DNA of 64,000 nt from a virus. The notes under the pieces were generated by a model. That model did no database searches. It was not told where the DNA came from and saw only the letters and a program-made list of their open reading frames with translations. Both the position numbers and the translations under genes were made by a program. This document shows, piece after piece, positions 11,440-22,464 of the stretch; position 1 is the first letter of the stretch; each line of letters begins with the position of its first letter. Location: IMG/VR virus record IMGVR_UViG_3300029566_000004; one strand, written 5' to 3'.

Positions 11440-11468
11440 ATTTTACAAAAAATTTTTAAGAAAATCAA
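11440..11468 (-). promoter_or_regulatory. promoter cassette (-35 TTGATT, -10 TAAAAT)
   Basis: Same repeat family. Confidence 0.6.
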
Positions 11469-11656
11469 GATTGATTGAGTATTTTTAAAACTTCTTCGTC
11501 AATCTTTTCCATATCTGCAAGATCACTATATCGATTGCAAATATCTATTATTTCTTTTTGAGCAGCATATCGCGCATTGGGGTCATCAGAGTTTCGCATA
11601 ATTAACTCAAGTTCAGCTAGCCGTTGCGCAATGCGCTTAATTTCGCGTTTCGTCAT
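11465..11656 (-). CDS. hypothetical protein
   Basis: 63-aa ORF between two promoter cassettes. Confidence 0.4.
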   Translation of the reverse strand: MTKREIKRIAQRLAELELIMRNSDDPNARYAAQKEIIDICNRYSDLADMEKIDEEVLKILNQS

Positions 11657-11679
11657 ATTTATTCCTTATTTATATACTT

Positions 11680-11708
11680 ATTATACAATAAATTTTTTAC
11701 AAAGTCAA
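11680..11708 (-). promoter_or_regulatory. promoter cassette (-35 TTGACT, -10 TATAAT)
   Basis: Same repeat family. Confidence 0.65.
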
Positions 11709-13673
11709 GAACTGCTGCTTAAAGTCGTCCTCAGAGATAATAGGAATATTCAACTTTTTCGCTTCAGCATTTTTAGTTGAGGTTGATGTAATATCATTGT
11801 TAATAAGATAGTCTGTCCGAGAAGATATGGTAGAAACAACCTTGCCTCCGTGCTTCTCGATATCCTTTTGAAGAGCGACGCGATTAGGGTATTGCCGCAG
11901 CCGCCCAGTAATTACGATTATTTTTCCTTCCAATGATTTCTCCACTTGCTGTTCTATTGGAGATTCCTCAAATATTATATAATTTTTTGCGAGATTATCT
12001 GCTTCATCATAATTAAATTTCATGATGGCATTATGTTTCTCCCATCCGTAATTAGGCAACGTAAAAAACTGGAAGTTATTTTTAATCGCATCTCTAAAAT
12101 TATTATACGTTTTAAACCGAATTGCTAAATCTCGTGATGCGGTTGCTCCAATTAGAGGAATCCCAAGAGCACATAGGAAACGCTCAAAGGTAGTGTGAGA
12201 ACTAGTTTTAATAGCGGTTAAAACGTTCTCTACGGATTTAGGTCCGAATCCGTCCTTTTTCTCCCATATGCTAGCATAGTCATCTAAATGATAGATGTCG
12301 GTGATAGAATTAACCCATCCCCATTCAATCAGTTGACCTAAAGTGGCTACTGATATACCCTTTGCATCTAATCCTTTTTTGCCAAGATAATGATCTAATC
12401 GATTAATTAATAAACCGGGGCAATAAGAATTAGTACATACCAGTACTTTAACTCCTTCATTCTCCTTGATTTGAGTTTTATGAGCGCAAATAGGACATGT
12501 TTTAGGAATTGTCCATCTGATTTCAAAGTCTTTACTGCCATCATTTGGACTTTTATATACTTGTGGAATTATCATATTTGCTTTATATATGCGTATCGGC
12601 TGTCCTGTATATGACGGACGTGGACCTAAAAGGTCTTCCATTACGCTAATATTATGCAAACTGGCTCGTTCTACAATAGACCCATCGGCATCAACTGGCT
12701 CAAATACTGCTACTGGTGTAAGAACTCCAGTACGACCCATTGTCCATTCAATAGACTTTAAAGTCGTATCATATAATTCGTCTTCAAACTTATACGCAAT
12801 AGCATTATTAAAATGATGTGCGGTTGAGCCAAGTGTATCACGCAAACTTAAATCATCATATTTGAATACAACGCCGTCAATTGGATAGCTCATTTTTTCG
12901 GAACGAACTTTAATGAGTTCAATTGCTGCCTTTAAATTTTCATCCTGCTTAGAGCAACACCAGTATGGAACAATCTCAAAACCATACATATCAGCTGCTT
13001 GTAACTGTGCAGAAAGTGTATTTTCGGCAGTATTAAATGGTTCAATTACGTCCCAAACCACAAATGTTAATTTGCGATTGTATGATACTTTTGCATCTAA
13101 TAATCTTATACTACCAGCTGCAAAATTTCTTGGATTTTTAAATTCACTTTCAAATTCTTTAAAATCCTTATAAGTACAAATAATTTCACCATCTAATACA
13201 ACACGTTGCTTATATGAAATATGTTTAGGAATAGTTGGATTGATTTTCATATTATGAAGAATATCCTCTCCAACATTTCCATCGCCACGTGTCTCAGCTT
13301 TTACCAACACACCATTTTCATATGTAAGAGAACAAGTAAGACCATCCATCTTTGCCATAGCTACCCATGGGACACTATTAGACCGGCCCAAGAAATCCTT
13401 AACTTCCTCTACGCTCTTAGTCTTTGCTAAAGAGAGCATAGGATGATCGTGTTTAACTTTAGAGAGGGATGTTTTTACTTCAAAATGGATTTTAGCTGTG
13501 GGTGATTCGGGCAAAATTATACCACTTAAGCGCTCCATGCGCTCAAGTTGAAAATAATTTTTATCCCAATCTGCATCGGACATAATAGGTTCACCCTTAT
13601 CATAAGCTTCCGTCGCTTGATTCAAGAAGTCTATTAAATTGTGCATTTCATTGATGATATAATCCTTACCCAT
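11697..13673 (-). CDS. ligA: NAD-dependent DNA ligase
   Basis: LigA architecture is readable: adenylation motif ..AKMDGLT.., Cys4 zinc finger CPIC..C..C, HhH region and C-terminal BRCT-like ..GKIIVITGRL... ATG 13673 has an AGGAG RBS. Confidence 0.9.
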   Translation of the reverse strand: MGKDYIINEMHNLIDFLNQATEAYDKGEPIMSDADWDKNYFQLERMERLSGIILPESPTAKIHFEVKTSLSKVKHDHPMLSLAKTKSVEEVKDFLGRSNSVPWVAMAKMDGLTCSLTYENGVLVKAETRGDGNVGEDILHNMKINPTIPKHISYKQRVVLDGEIICTYKDFKEFESEFKNPRNFAAGSIRLLDAKVSYNRKLTFVVWDVIEPFNTAENTLSAQLQAADMYGFEIVPYWCCSKQDENLKAAIELIKVRSEKMSYPIDGVVFKYDDLSLRDTLGSTAHHFNNAIAYKFEDELYDTTLKSIEWTMGRTGVLTPVAVFEPVDADGSIVERASLHNISVMEDLLGPRPSYTGQPIRIYKANMIIPQVYKSPNDGSKDFEIRWTIPKTCPICAHKTQIKENEGVKVLVCTNSYCPGLLINRLDHYLGKKGLDAKGISVATLGQLIEWGWVNSITDIYHLDDYASIWEKKDGFGPKSVENVLTAIKTSSHTTFERFLCALGIPLIGATASRDLAIRFKTYNNFRDAIKNNFQFFTLPNYGWEKHNAIMKFNYDEADNLAKNYIIFEESPIEQQVEKSLEGKIIVITGRLRQYPNRVALQKDIEKHGGKVVSTISSRTDYLINNDITSTSTKNAEAKKLNIPIISEDDFKQQFLTL

Positions 13674-13703
13674 AGCTTTCTCCTTTATTTTTCTTACATA
13701 TAT

Positions 13704-13732
13704 ATTATACAAAAATATTTTTATAAAGTAAA
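13704..13732 (-). promoter_or_regulatory. promoter cassette (-35 TTTACT, -10 TATAAT)
   Basis: Same repeat family. Upstream of the ligase gene. Confidence 0.55.
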
Positions 13733-13764
13733 GAAAGAGGGGAGAGACAAGCTCTCCCACTATC

Positions 13765-16113
13765 TTATATTTTGCTAACTGATTTAATCTGTTTATTCTG
13801 TATCATTAAATTGCCTTGCGCCGCACGTCCCATTAAAGGTATCTCCGTAGCCTCCAAAAGAATGGAATTTTTATCACCAAAAATAAGGACCTGGTCTCCA
13901 TCTTGAATTAAAGTAGCAGCTACAATATTATTTTCTCCCTTTGAAACCATTATACCACGTGTGCGGCGATTTTGCTTGGGAATTTCATTTAAGCGAACAC
14001 GTTTACCGTATCCACCATCAAAGAATAAGCCCAAATCATCAGTATCATTATGGATAGGCAAGACGCACACAACTTCATCATCTTCTTTAAGATTGATTGC
14101 AATATTTCCAACAGTCAATCGACTACTTGCAGCCCAATCTGTTGTAGATAATCTGAGCGCATACCCCTTCTTAGTAACTACAATTACATCTTCATCTTTT
14201 AATAATACTACATTGGCAAGTTGGTCGCCTTCGCGCAAAGTAATAGCACTTAAACCTGTCTTTTTACGCGTTCTTATATATTCTGACAGCTCAGTTTTTT
14301 TCATATAACCCTGTTTGGTAATAAAGCAAACATATTCAGAATTAGTATTTCTATATAACGAATAAATAACTTGTGCGTGTTCGCCATGTTCCATTGCAAC
14401 TAAACCATCTACTGGAATACCTTTACTCTTATTATCACCATTTGGAATATCAGCAACAGGCAAACGATACAATTTACCGCTGTCACTAAATATCATCAAT
14501 GAATCGGCAGTTGTAGTACGAATAATCATTGAAGTTAATTCTTCTTGTATCTTTACCCCCTTACCTTTACGCTTTTGAGGCTTATAGATATCAGAAGGAA
14601 TGCGCTTTATGGTATTGCCATGTGTTAATATAATCATACAATTTTCAGGAGTTATTGCTTCATCATCAGTATTTTCTAAACTAATATCAAGAATTTGAGT
14701 GCGGCGAGGGTCACCATACTTTTTAGCAATAGCACGCCATCCTTCAATTAATTGATTATTAAATTTAATTGTATCATTTAGAACATCTTCAATACGAGCG
14801 ATTTCATTTAATAAATTATTTTTTTCTTGTCTTAATTTTTCAACTTCAAGATGCGCTAAACGACTTAATTTCATATCAAGTACAGCTTGCGCCTGTTCTT
14901 CATCTAATATGAAATTTTTTATTAATGCCATTTTTGCATCAGCTACTGAATTAGCCTGTTTAATGGCAGCAATAACTTCATCAATATTAGCTAAACAAAT
15001 CAATAAACCATCAATAATATGAATTCGATGACGATATTGATTAATATCATATTCAAATCCTCGACGATATACATCTTTTTCATGGTCAATATGTGCTTGA
15101 AGAAGTTGTTTCCAAGTAAATACTTTCGGGAATCTTCCAGCATCCAAAAGTGTGAAATTAATACCAAAATAATATTGTAAAGAAGTTTCTTTGTAAAGAT
15201 AACGAATTACTTTTTCTGGTATTACGCCTTTATGCAAATATATTTTAATTAAAACAGTTTTCTTTGTTAAATCATTATGACGCTCAATGCCGGGATTATC
15301 TTCCCGTTGTTCAATTTCTTCCAACTCTTTACAAATTGTGTTTGTGTAAACACCATATGGAACTTCGGTTACTTCTAAACAATTCTCTTTCGCATCATAA
15401 TTTATAACTGAACGCAATTTACAAGAGGCTCCATGTCCATTTTTAATTGCTTCTTTTACTTCACTTGCATTTACCAGAATTGCACCAGTAGCAAAGTCTG
15501 GAGCGCAATAAATATCATCAAAAGTACAATTTGGATTTAAGGTTAACTTTTCTAAAGCTAAATTGATATCTTTAATATTAAATTGAGGTACACTAGATGC
15601 CATACCAATACCAATTCCAGTAGTACCATTAACTATATTATAAAAGCCCTTAGAAGGCAAAACTGCGGGATACTGTTGTGTGTCATCATAATTGTTGCGC
15701 CATTCCGCAATTGTATCTTTTTTGATATCAGTAAAAAGATAATTAGAAAATTCACTTAAACGCGCTGATGTATAACGCATAGCTGCCCAGTTTCCACTTT
15801 CTATTGGAGAACCTCCATTGCCTTCTACTTCAATTAGAGGATAACGCATGGCAAAAGGCTGGCCCGCACGCATAATAATGCCTTCCGCAGAAGTATCACC
15901 ATGAATATAAAAATCAACCATTGCCATACCAACAGCATTAACAGTTTTCTTAAATGAATTAGTATGGGTTAATTTATGTGAATGCATTGAATAAAAGATC
16001 TGTCGTGCAGAAGGTTTTAAGCAATCTCGCGCATCTACAAGCGCACGAGACTGCAAAACAGCTCCGCTATATTGTACGAAAGAATCACTAATTACTTGTT
16101 TTAAATCACTCAT
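13765..16113 (-). CDS. type II DNA topoisomerase subunit A (GyrA/ParC-like)
   Basis: 782 aa. N-terminus ..YSGAVLQSRALVDARDCLKPSARQIFY.. and ..AAMRYTSARL.. (active-site Tyr region). C-terminal repeats. Confidence 0.9.
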   Translation of the reverse strand: MSDLKQVISDSFVQYSGAVLQSRALVDARDCLKPSARQIFYSMHSHKLTHTNSFKKTVNAVGMAMVDFYIHGDTSAEGIIMRAGQPFAMRYPLIEVEGNGGSPIESGNWAAMRYTSARLSEFSNYLFTDIKKDTIAEWRNNYDDTQQYPAVLPSKGFYNIVNGTTGIGIGMASSVPQFNIKDINLALEKLTLNPNCTFDDIYCAPDFATGAILVNASEVKEAIKNGHGASCKLRSVINYDAKENCLEVTEVPYGVYTNTICKELEEIEQREDNPGIERHNDLTKKTVLIKIYLHKGVIPEKVIRYLYKETSLQYYFGINFTLLDAGRFPKVFTWKQLLQAHIDHEKDVYRRGFEYDINQYRHRIHIIDGLLICLANIDEVIAAIKQANSVADAKMALIKNFILDEEQAQAVLDMKLSRLAHLEVEKLRQEKNNLLNEIARIEDVLNDTIKFNNQLIEGWRAIAKKYGDPRRTQILDISLENTDDEAITPENCMIILTHGNTIKRIPSDIYKPQKRKGKGVKIQEELTSMIIRTTTADSLMIFSDSGKLYRLPVADIPNGDNKSKGIPVDGLVAMEHGEHAQVIYSLYRNTNSEYVCFITKQGYMKKTELSEYIRTRKKTGLSAITLREGDQLANVVLLKDEDVIVVTKKGYALRLSTTDWAASSRLTVGNIAINLKEDDEVVCVLPIHNDTDDLGLFFDGGYGKRVRLNEIPKQNRRTRGIMVSKGENNIVAATLIQDGDQVLIFGDKNSILLEATEIPLMGRAAQGNLMIQNKQIKSVSKI

Positions 16114-16279
16114 TTATTATTACCTCTTTCGCCTTTAAACAAACGCGATATGGATGACCGCCAGTAGGATAAAATACTACATTATGTGTTTTTGCGGTAA
16201 AAGTAAAGTCAGCTATTCCTATTCGATTAATATATTGACCAGCTATAACTTTTACATGTTTAAATATACGTTCACTCAT
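16109..16279 (-). CDS. hypothetical 56-aa protein between the topoisomerase subunits
   Basis: ATG 16279 overlaps the subunit B stop, and TGA overlaps the subunit A start (translational coupling). Below the ORF-track size cutoff. Confidence 0.35.
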
Positions 16280-18138
16280 TCTGCTACCTCCGTAAAGTCA
16301 ACATTGTTAAATATAAAGTCGCGACGTGGAACAATATCTGTACCCATTAAATCATAAAGTAAATCAATTGCTTCTGGAGAATACTCCATTTGTTCAAAAC
16401 GTTGGAATTCATCAGTAAACATAGATTCCTGTGCTTCCTCAGGCTCCAATGTGCCCAATCCTTTACAACGCTTAATTTCACCTTTTATTTGTCCACGTAC
16501 TACATTAAATTCGTCATCATCAAAATAATAACTGCGCTTTTTACCAGTAGATACAACCCAAAGAGGTGAACGCAACCAATATAAACGACCTTCTTTAATG
16601 AATTCTGGAGCTAAATATGTCAAAGCAGACATAATTAATAATCCAATATGATATCCATCACTATCAGCATCGACGCAGATACCAAGTTTACCGTAACGCA
16701 ATTTTGAAGCATCATAGCGTCCGGGAATAATATTCATCGCACTTAAAAGCAATTTAATTTCCTCGTTTTGATAAATATCTTCCTCACTATTAGATAAGCA
16801 ATTAATAATTTTACCCCGAATAGCTAAAAGTCCATATTTCTTATAATCACGAGCTTGTGCCATACCGCCCATAGCCGAGTTACCCTCTACTATTAGAAGT
16901 GTGGAGTTTGGGCCTAAATATTCTGCATCTTTTAACTTATCAGATTGGAATACTTTGCGCTTTTGATTGCGTTCAATATCTTTTGTCGTTTCTAAAGCCT
17001 GCTTACGAGCTTTTTCTGCGGCTGCGTCGGCTTTAGTAACTCGTTTGACTAAATTAGCTACTGTAGCAAATTCATCACGATATGCTTTTTCCATCATCTT
17101 TAAAGCATTGGAAAATGCTGTTGAGGCCATGGCTCTTAAATTAGCATTATTAATTTTAGTCTTAGTTTGATTAGCAAAACTAGGCTGCGCGACAGAGCAA
17201 TTAATTACATAAAATAAATTTGCACGAATTAATTCTCCATCATAAGTTTCACCTGTTAAAGTGTTAAATGTACGGGTAATTGCCATTTTTGCGCCTGTAA
17301 TCGGGGAACCTCCTTCAGGACAACGTAAACCATTTACGAAAACGTATGAGGTTTCATGCTTACTACCCCATTGAAATGCTATTTCTAACTTATCGGTACC
17401 GTCAGTTACAGTTTCATGAATAATATGCGGGTGAATCGGGTTTTTTAGATTATCTTTTACAAAATCTATTATACCATTTTTAGCATAATGCGTTATTTTT
17501 TCACCTGTGTTTGAATTATATAAATTAAAAGTAATTCCGCTATATAAGTAAGAAATATTTTTAATATCTTCGCATATGCGTTGAAAGCTGTAATGAATAG
17601 GTTCATCTTTAAAAACTTCTGGGTCTGGAGTAAAGCGAACGCATGTTCCATTAGCGTGTTTAGTTGGATATTCATGATAATCAATTAAATCGCCTTTGAA
17701 AAATATAGCTTTTGCCATTTTCCCATCACGGCAACTTTCAACAACAAAATCATTAGAACTTAAACAGACACATTTTGCTCCGATACCATTTAAACCTGAA
17801 ACATTTTTATATACGCCTTCTTCAAATTTACCACCAGTGTGAGATTTTGAATAAATAGATACTAAAACATTTTCTCCATTTTCACGGATACCAAAAGGAA
17901 CACCACGACCATAATCTTGGACTTCAATGGTGTTATTGTCTTCATCAACGCTAATATCAATTTGATTTCCATATCCACAGAGGGCTTCATCGGTTGCGTT
18001 GTTAATAATTTCTTTGAATGCTTGATATGTGCCTTCATTATCTGCGCTACCGAGATACATTTGAATACGAGTTCGAACGCCTTCTTTAAAACTTAATGAT
18101 TTTATGTCGTCGATACCGTAATTATTTTTTCTTTCCAT
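16276..18138 (-). CDS. type II DNA topoisomerase subunit B (GyrB/ParE-like ATPase + TOPRIM)
   Basis: 620 aa. GHKL ATPase motifs (..EIINNATDEA.., ..GLNGIGAK..) and TOPRIM ..LLIVEGNSAGG... Confidence 0.9.
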   Translation of the reverse strand: MERKNNYGIDDIKSLSFKEGVRTRIQMYLGSADNEGTYQAFKEIINNATDEALCGYGNQIDISVDEDNNTIEVQDYGRGVPFGIRENGENVLVSIYSKSHTGGKFEEGVYKNVSGLNGIGAKCVCLSSNDFVVESCRDGKMAKAIFFKGDLIDYHEYPTKHANGTCVRFTPDPEVFKDEPIHYSFQRICEDIKNISYLYSGITFNLYNSNTGEKITHYAKNGIIDFVKDNLKNPIHPHIIHETVTDGTDKLEIAFQWGSKHETSYVFVNGLRCPEGGSPITGAKMAITRTFNTLTGETYDGELIRANLFYVINCSVAQPSFANQTKTKINNANLRAMASTAFSNALKMMEKAYRDEFATVANLVKRVTKADAAAEKARKQALETTKDIERNQKRKVFQSDKLKDAEYLGPNSTLLIVEGNSAMGGMAQARDYKKYGLLAIRGKIINCLSNSEEDIYQNEEIKLLLSAMNIIPGRYDASKLRYGKLGICVDADSDGYHIGLLIMSALTYLAPEFIKEGRLYWLRSPLWVVSTGKKRSYYFDDDEFNVVRGQIKGEIKRCKGLGTLEPEEAQESMFTDEFQRFEQMEYSPEAIDLLYDLMGTDIVPRRDFIFNNVDFTEVAE

Positions 18139-18614
18139 TTATCATGCTCCTTATCGCCATCGGCTGACGCTAAACGATCTGCAACTTCATTCCATTTAAC
18201 GCCGCTATGACCTTTTACTTTTTCTAATTGTATACGATAACCTTTTTTATATAATTCATAATATTCTTTTACAATATCAACATTTTCGGCTATCTTTCCA
18301 GAACTATTTTTCCAATCATTATTAGCCCATTGAAACATCCATTGATTAAATGTGTTAACCGCGTATGCACTATCACTAAAAACAATTGGAAAGTTAAAAA
18401 GAAAACTATCTAATGTAGTTGCTTCATAGATATTAATTCCATAATTCTTTAAGCAATACAAGACAGCTTTCAGTTCTTCGCGATTGTTTGTTGTGTTTTC
18501 ACATCTCTCTCTATATATATTATAGACAAAATTTTCGTGATTGTCAACTGCGATTACTCCGAAGCCACCTGGACCGGGATTTGGATAGGCACTTCCATCA
18601 CAATATATCTTCAT
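18102..18614 (-). CDS. rnhA: ribonuclease HI
   Basis: MKIYCDGSAYPNPGPGGFGV..NNREELKA..SDSAY..KGHSG..NEVADRLA. RBS AGAGGGTGA. Overlaps the topoisomerase subunit B start by 37 nt. Confidence 0.85.
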   Translation of the reverse strand: MKIYCDGSAYPNPGPGGFGVIAVDNHENFVYNIYRERCENTTNNREELKAVLYCLKNYGINIYEATTLDSFLFNFPIVFSDSAYAVNTFNQWMFQWANNDWKNSSGKIAENVDIVKEYYELYKKGYRIQLEKVKGHSGVKWNEVADRLASADGDKEHDKWKEKIITVSTT

Positions 18615-18867
18615 TTTTATCACCCTCTTCAAGCCAGGCTAATTCCATTTCTAACCATTTCTTATAGTCCGCTCGAGAGACGGCATCAAGATATACACCT
18701 GAACGCACAGCAATTACCAAATGTTCATTAAACTGCTGATGAAGAGCTTCAAAAACTTTACGAGCTTCTTCATAATCAATTTCATCAGTAAAGCGTACAA
18801 GAATAATATCGTTTTCATTAACGGGGAAAGATGTTATTTCATATTGTTCATTAGCTGTCATATACAA
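18598..18867 (-). CDS. hypothetical protein
   Basis: 89-aa ORF directly downstream of a promoter cassette. Confidence 0.5.
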   Translation of the reverse strand: MYMTANEQYEITSFPVNENDIILVRFTDEIDYEEARKVFEALHQQFNEHLVIAVRSGVYLDAVSRADYKKWLEMELAWLEEGDKNEDIL

Positions 18868-18885
18868 TACCTCCTTTACTATATA

Positions 18886-18914
18886 ATTATATCATAAAAT
18901 TTAATTTTTTGCAA
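18886..18914 (-). promoter_or_regulatory. promoter cassette (-35 TTGCAA, -10 TATAAT)
   Basis: Same repeat family. Confidence 0.6.
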
Positions 18915-18921
18915 TAAAAAT

Positions 18922-18953
18922 AAGCCATAGGATATTAAGACATCCTATGGCTT
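18922..18953 (-). terminator. intrinsic terminator
   Basis: AAGCCATAGGAT..ATCCTATGGCTT followed by a T-run. Confidence 0.75.
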
Positions 18954-18968
18954 ATGTAATTATTATTA

Positions 18969-19364
18969 TTAATTTTCTTCATAGTCTTCATTCATTTTTT
19001 GCTCAATATTATCAGATGTTGTATAATTATATTTTAATGCATTTGCTTCTTGTTCGAGTCGAGCGTTTAATTCTGTCATGACAGATTCATATTTAACTCC
19101 ATCTTTTGTGTTTTCTTTGGTGGATTTTCTATAGTAAAAACCTTGACTAACACCGTAAGCAGTCCAAGGGAGACCAACCATTGCAGTTAACCAAGGCAGT
19201 TCACCAAAATATGCATTTTTAACACATATATAGGCTAAAATAATAAAAGAAAGACTAATTACCCAAATTAGAGCTGACTCTTGGATTAAAAGAACTTTAG
19301 AAAATTCTTTTTTTGGCTGTGCTTTTTTCTTTCTTTTGGTTTTGACTTTCTTGTTTTTATCCAT
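18969..19364 (-). CDS. hypothetical membrane protein
   Basis: Lys-rich N-terminus followed by two hydrophobic segments. A terminator follows. Confidence 0.5.
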   Translation of the reverse strand: MDKNKKVKTKRKKKAQPKKEFSKVLLIQESALIWVISLSFIILAYICVKNAYFGELPWLTAMVGLPWTAYGVSQGFYYRKSTKENTKDGVKYESVMTELNARLEQEANALKYNYTTSDNIEQKMNEDYEEN

Positions 19365-19390
19365 AACTTTAATCCTTTCGAGAAAATAAA

Positions 19391-19411
19391 AAGGGGGCTT
19401 TTAGCCCCCTT
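19391..19411 (-). terminator. intrinsic terminator
   Basis: AAGGGGGCT-AAA-AGCCCCCTT followed by TTTTATTTT. Confidence 0.8.
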
Positions 19412-19416
19412 ATATA

Positions 19417-19878
19417 TTAGTGACGAAGTTTATTTACTTCATCCAAATTAATCCAACAAGGTTTATTAAAAATTTTACCGAAATGATCCCATTCTGTTTC
19501 AATGAGTAAACGATCCCCAGGATTGCATGTTCCTACCTTATTGCTCTCCACCGTAGGATTATCGTAAACTGTTATTTCGCCCTCTTCATGAACAAGCACT
19601 GAATAAGGAAGTGCAGTATACATAATATAATTACCATGAGATTTTTTTACATAACCAATTTTATTTGGTTGATATCTTAAAATAACTTTAAAATATTCTT
19701 GATTAAAATCATCAATAATATATACACTTTGATGATAGCTTAAAATATCAAGTACGTTAGGACTCTTTGTCTCTGTATCAGGACTATCCATTACAGAAAC
19801 AGTCTTAGTCTGAGCGGTATAAATACCAATAATTCTAGAATGCTCAGGTGCTTTAGTTTTGTTCTTAAATAAACTCAT
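19417..19878 (-). CDS. hypothetical protein
   Basis: 153-aa ORF followed by a terminator hairpin. Confidence 0.5.
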   Translation of the reverse strand: MSLFKNKTKAPEHSRIIGIYTAQTKTVSVMDSPDTETKSPNVLDILSYHQSVYIIDDFNQEYFKVILRYQPNKIGYVKKSHGNYIMYTALPYSVLVHEEGEITVYDNPTVESNKVGTCNPGDRLLIETEWDHFGKIFNKPCWINLDEVNKLRH

Positions 19879-19892
19879 TACATTTTTCTCCT

Positions 19893-22430
19893 TTAAGTTA
19901 ATTTTCTTGCCAAATCGGCAACTTTACTACGATGAACATATCGTAATTCAATTTCGCCATATATATCAGTATTGCGGAATACTTTTGACACTCTTTTCAT
20001 TCCATTATGAATACCAGCATATGCGGGTGAATCAACTTGTGTTTTATCATCACCATCAATAATACATATTGAATTTTCACCAATGCGAGTGAGCGCAAGT
20101 TGCATCATATCTATATCCAAATTTTGAGCTTCAGAAATATATACACCACTATTATCAGGTGTTTCATATCCACGAATATCAGATAAAGGCAATAAAATCA
20201 ATTGTTCATTATCAATTAATGCCTCTACCTCCATACGACTACCTAATTTACTAATTAATAAGTTACCAATTTGTGAATCAAGTAATTTTTCATCACGAGT
20301 ACCGGGATAATCATTTTAAAGCCTTATATTTTTCAATATAAGATAGACTATATCTTAATTTCGGTTTAATAAAGTTTTATATAAATCATATTTTCTTTGT
20401 ATATACATAGTAGAATCGTTATAAAGAATATCTAAAATTTTTGTTACCTATTTATATCCTCTCCACTGACAATGCCAAGCGGTAGTATAGAAAGGCTTAT
20501 TATGTTCTGTTTTATTTATTAAATTATCTATTAATAAAACAAGTTCATTTGCTATACCTTCATGGTAACTTGTAAAATTTAAAGTAACATCGCTACTTTT
20601 ATTTTCACTGAAACTTATACTACCATCTCCATCAATTAATCCACGTATAAAATCCCTTAAAAATTTTTGTGGAATATTTTTAGGAAGAGAATTAATTTCA
20701 TAGGTTTTATTTGGTACTATATTATATTTTTGTAAATCTTGATATATTTGTTCATCACAAAATTCTAAACTATAGCATTGATTTCCTCTATTATCTAAAA
20801 TTAAATCACTATCAATCTAAAGAACAGTTTTTAATTTATCTAAGATATCTCTATCTTTAGCCTATAACGATATTCTAATTCGCCCTTGCTTTCCAGGAAT
20901 TTTACTAACATTACCATCGGTAAAAAGTAAACCTATGAAATAAGCTTTATCTGGAGAGTCTATACAAGAAAAATAGTCACTAATTATTCTTTTGTTAACT
21001 CGATTGGTTGTCTTTTTAGTTAAACCCAATTCTTTTATTAAATTTCTTAAGGTTTCTTTATCCCAACCAAATTCTTGAGCCAATGTTTTTAAATCTTCAC
21101 TCTCTTCGCAATAGCGTTGTTTCAAAATTTTTAACTGTTCATTAGTTAAAGTTTTCTTTTTTCTTCCGCCTCGGATAGGAATATTAGCCTAAACTATAAA
21201 TTCTCTAACTTGTCGATAGTTATACTTTGAATTTTGTGATAACCAAGTAATGGATTTACCGTTTACATATTCTTGAATAATTTCTTCTTTTGTCATTTTG
21301 ATTTCCTTCTTTCTTAAAATATTTTCTATTATATATAATTTTTAAAGAAAGAAGTTTTTCTTTTTTTGTCCCGAAATTTCCTGCGCTTCGAAAAATAATT
21401 ATATTTTTCTACTCCCTTGCGGGATAGTCGTTGAACCTTCCTCTATTCGAGGCTTGGCTGCTGATTGCCCAATCTTTTTAATTTTCATACTTTCACACTT
21501 AGACTTATTTCATTCTTATGTTGTAGTTTAAAAAGCTTAAGGGGTTTCCAGCAATTCACAGGATTTTACTAGAGCTTATCCCTTTGTTAACCCTAGCTTT
21601 GCGCTATTCCTAGTCGCAACAGTATTACAAAATATTACAATTTTACTGATTTGTCCTTTTTCCAATTTGGAAAATAAATAACCGAGTGCAAGAGTAGTTT
21701 TACCAGAGCCTGGCGCCCCCTTAAGCATTGTGACTTGATTTTGTAAAAGACTATCAACCGCACAAGCTTGATATATATCTCCGCGAATTGATTTAATATC
21801 GCCAAATAGTCGTGAAGAAAATACACCATACTTTAAATGCCTATGCGACATTCCAGTCCATACTACTGTATCTATTGGTTTATGATTTTTATCACATATA
21901 ATTAAATATTGTCCGATATTTAAATTATATATATTTACATTTTGATTTGAATAAAAATAACTTAATTCATCATCTGATAAAGTTTTTTCCATATAACCAG
22001 TATACTCTGGTTCTTGGTCATATCCAACCATTTCGATTGAATCATTACCAAAAATTAAATTAGATAATATAAATAAAGACATGTCATTTGTTACAAATAC
22101 AACTTCATCAGGATGATATTTTATATCATAATAAGTTGCGCAAGCTAAAATTCGCATATCGTTATTATCTAAATATAATCCAACTTTCTGTAAAGGCTCA
22201 AGCATTTCTGGTTGATAATTAATTACATCGTATTTATCAATATTATGGTATAATTGATTTAATAATTGTCTTGCCGTATATTTTATATCAGAGTCTTTAT
22301 TGGCAGATACTTTTATCAATTCCAGCTCTTCTAAAGTAATTGATGAAATGGCAAATCGATTATTAAATAACTTACTTCCCATCACTAATAGACTGCTGGT
22401 ATCATAAAATTTAAAAGTTGTCGTCCTCAT
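19893..22430 (-). CDS. phoH: PIN-PhoH-like ATPase, split by an intron (exon 1 21590..22430, exon 2 19893..20311)
   Basis: Exon 1 has an N-terminal PIN-like region and Walker A LKGAPGSGKTT. Exon 2 reads ..YPGTRDEKLL..SEAQNL..IIDGD... The proposed junction ..NSAKLGY|YPGTRDEK restores the PhoH (I/L)G(F/Y)LPG motif. The 5' exon ends in U and the intron ends ..AAAATG. Confidence 0.75.
20312..21589 (-). mobile_element. intron (probable group I, different family) in the PhoH-like gene with a LAGLIDADG ORF
   Basis: A 1278-nt insertion interrupts a conserved motif. Its boundaries obey the U / terminal-G rule. I did not fold the core. Confidence 0.6.
20316..21296 (-). CDS. LAGLIDADG homing endonuclease (two motifs), five in-frame TAGs
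   Basis: MTKEEIIQEYVNGKS.. N-terminal HTH. Motifs ..AYFIGLLFTDGNV.. and ..FIRGLIDGDGSI... The frame is open from 21296 to TAA 20316 only with TAG read-through. I checked it codon by codon over 20750-20864. Confidence 0.75.
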
Positions 22431-22464
22431 CTAACTCCTCCTCATAAGTGTTGGGTCTTGGTGA

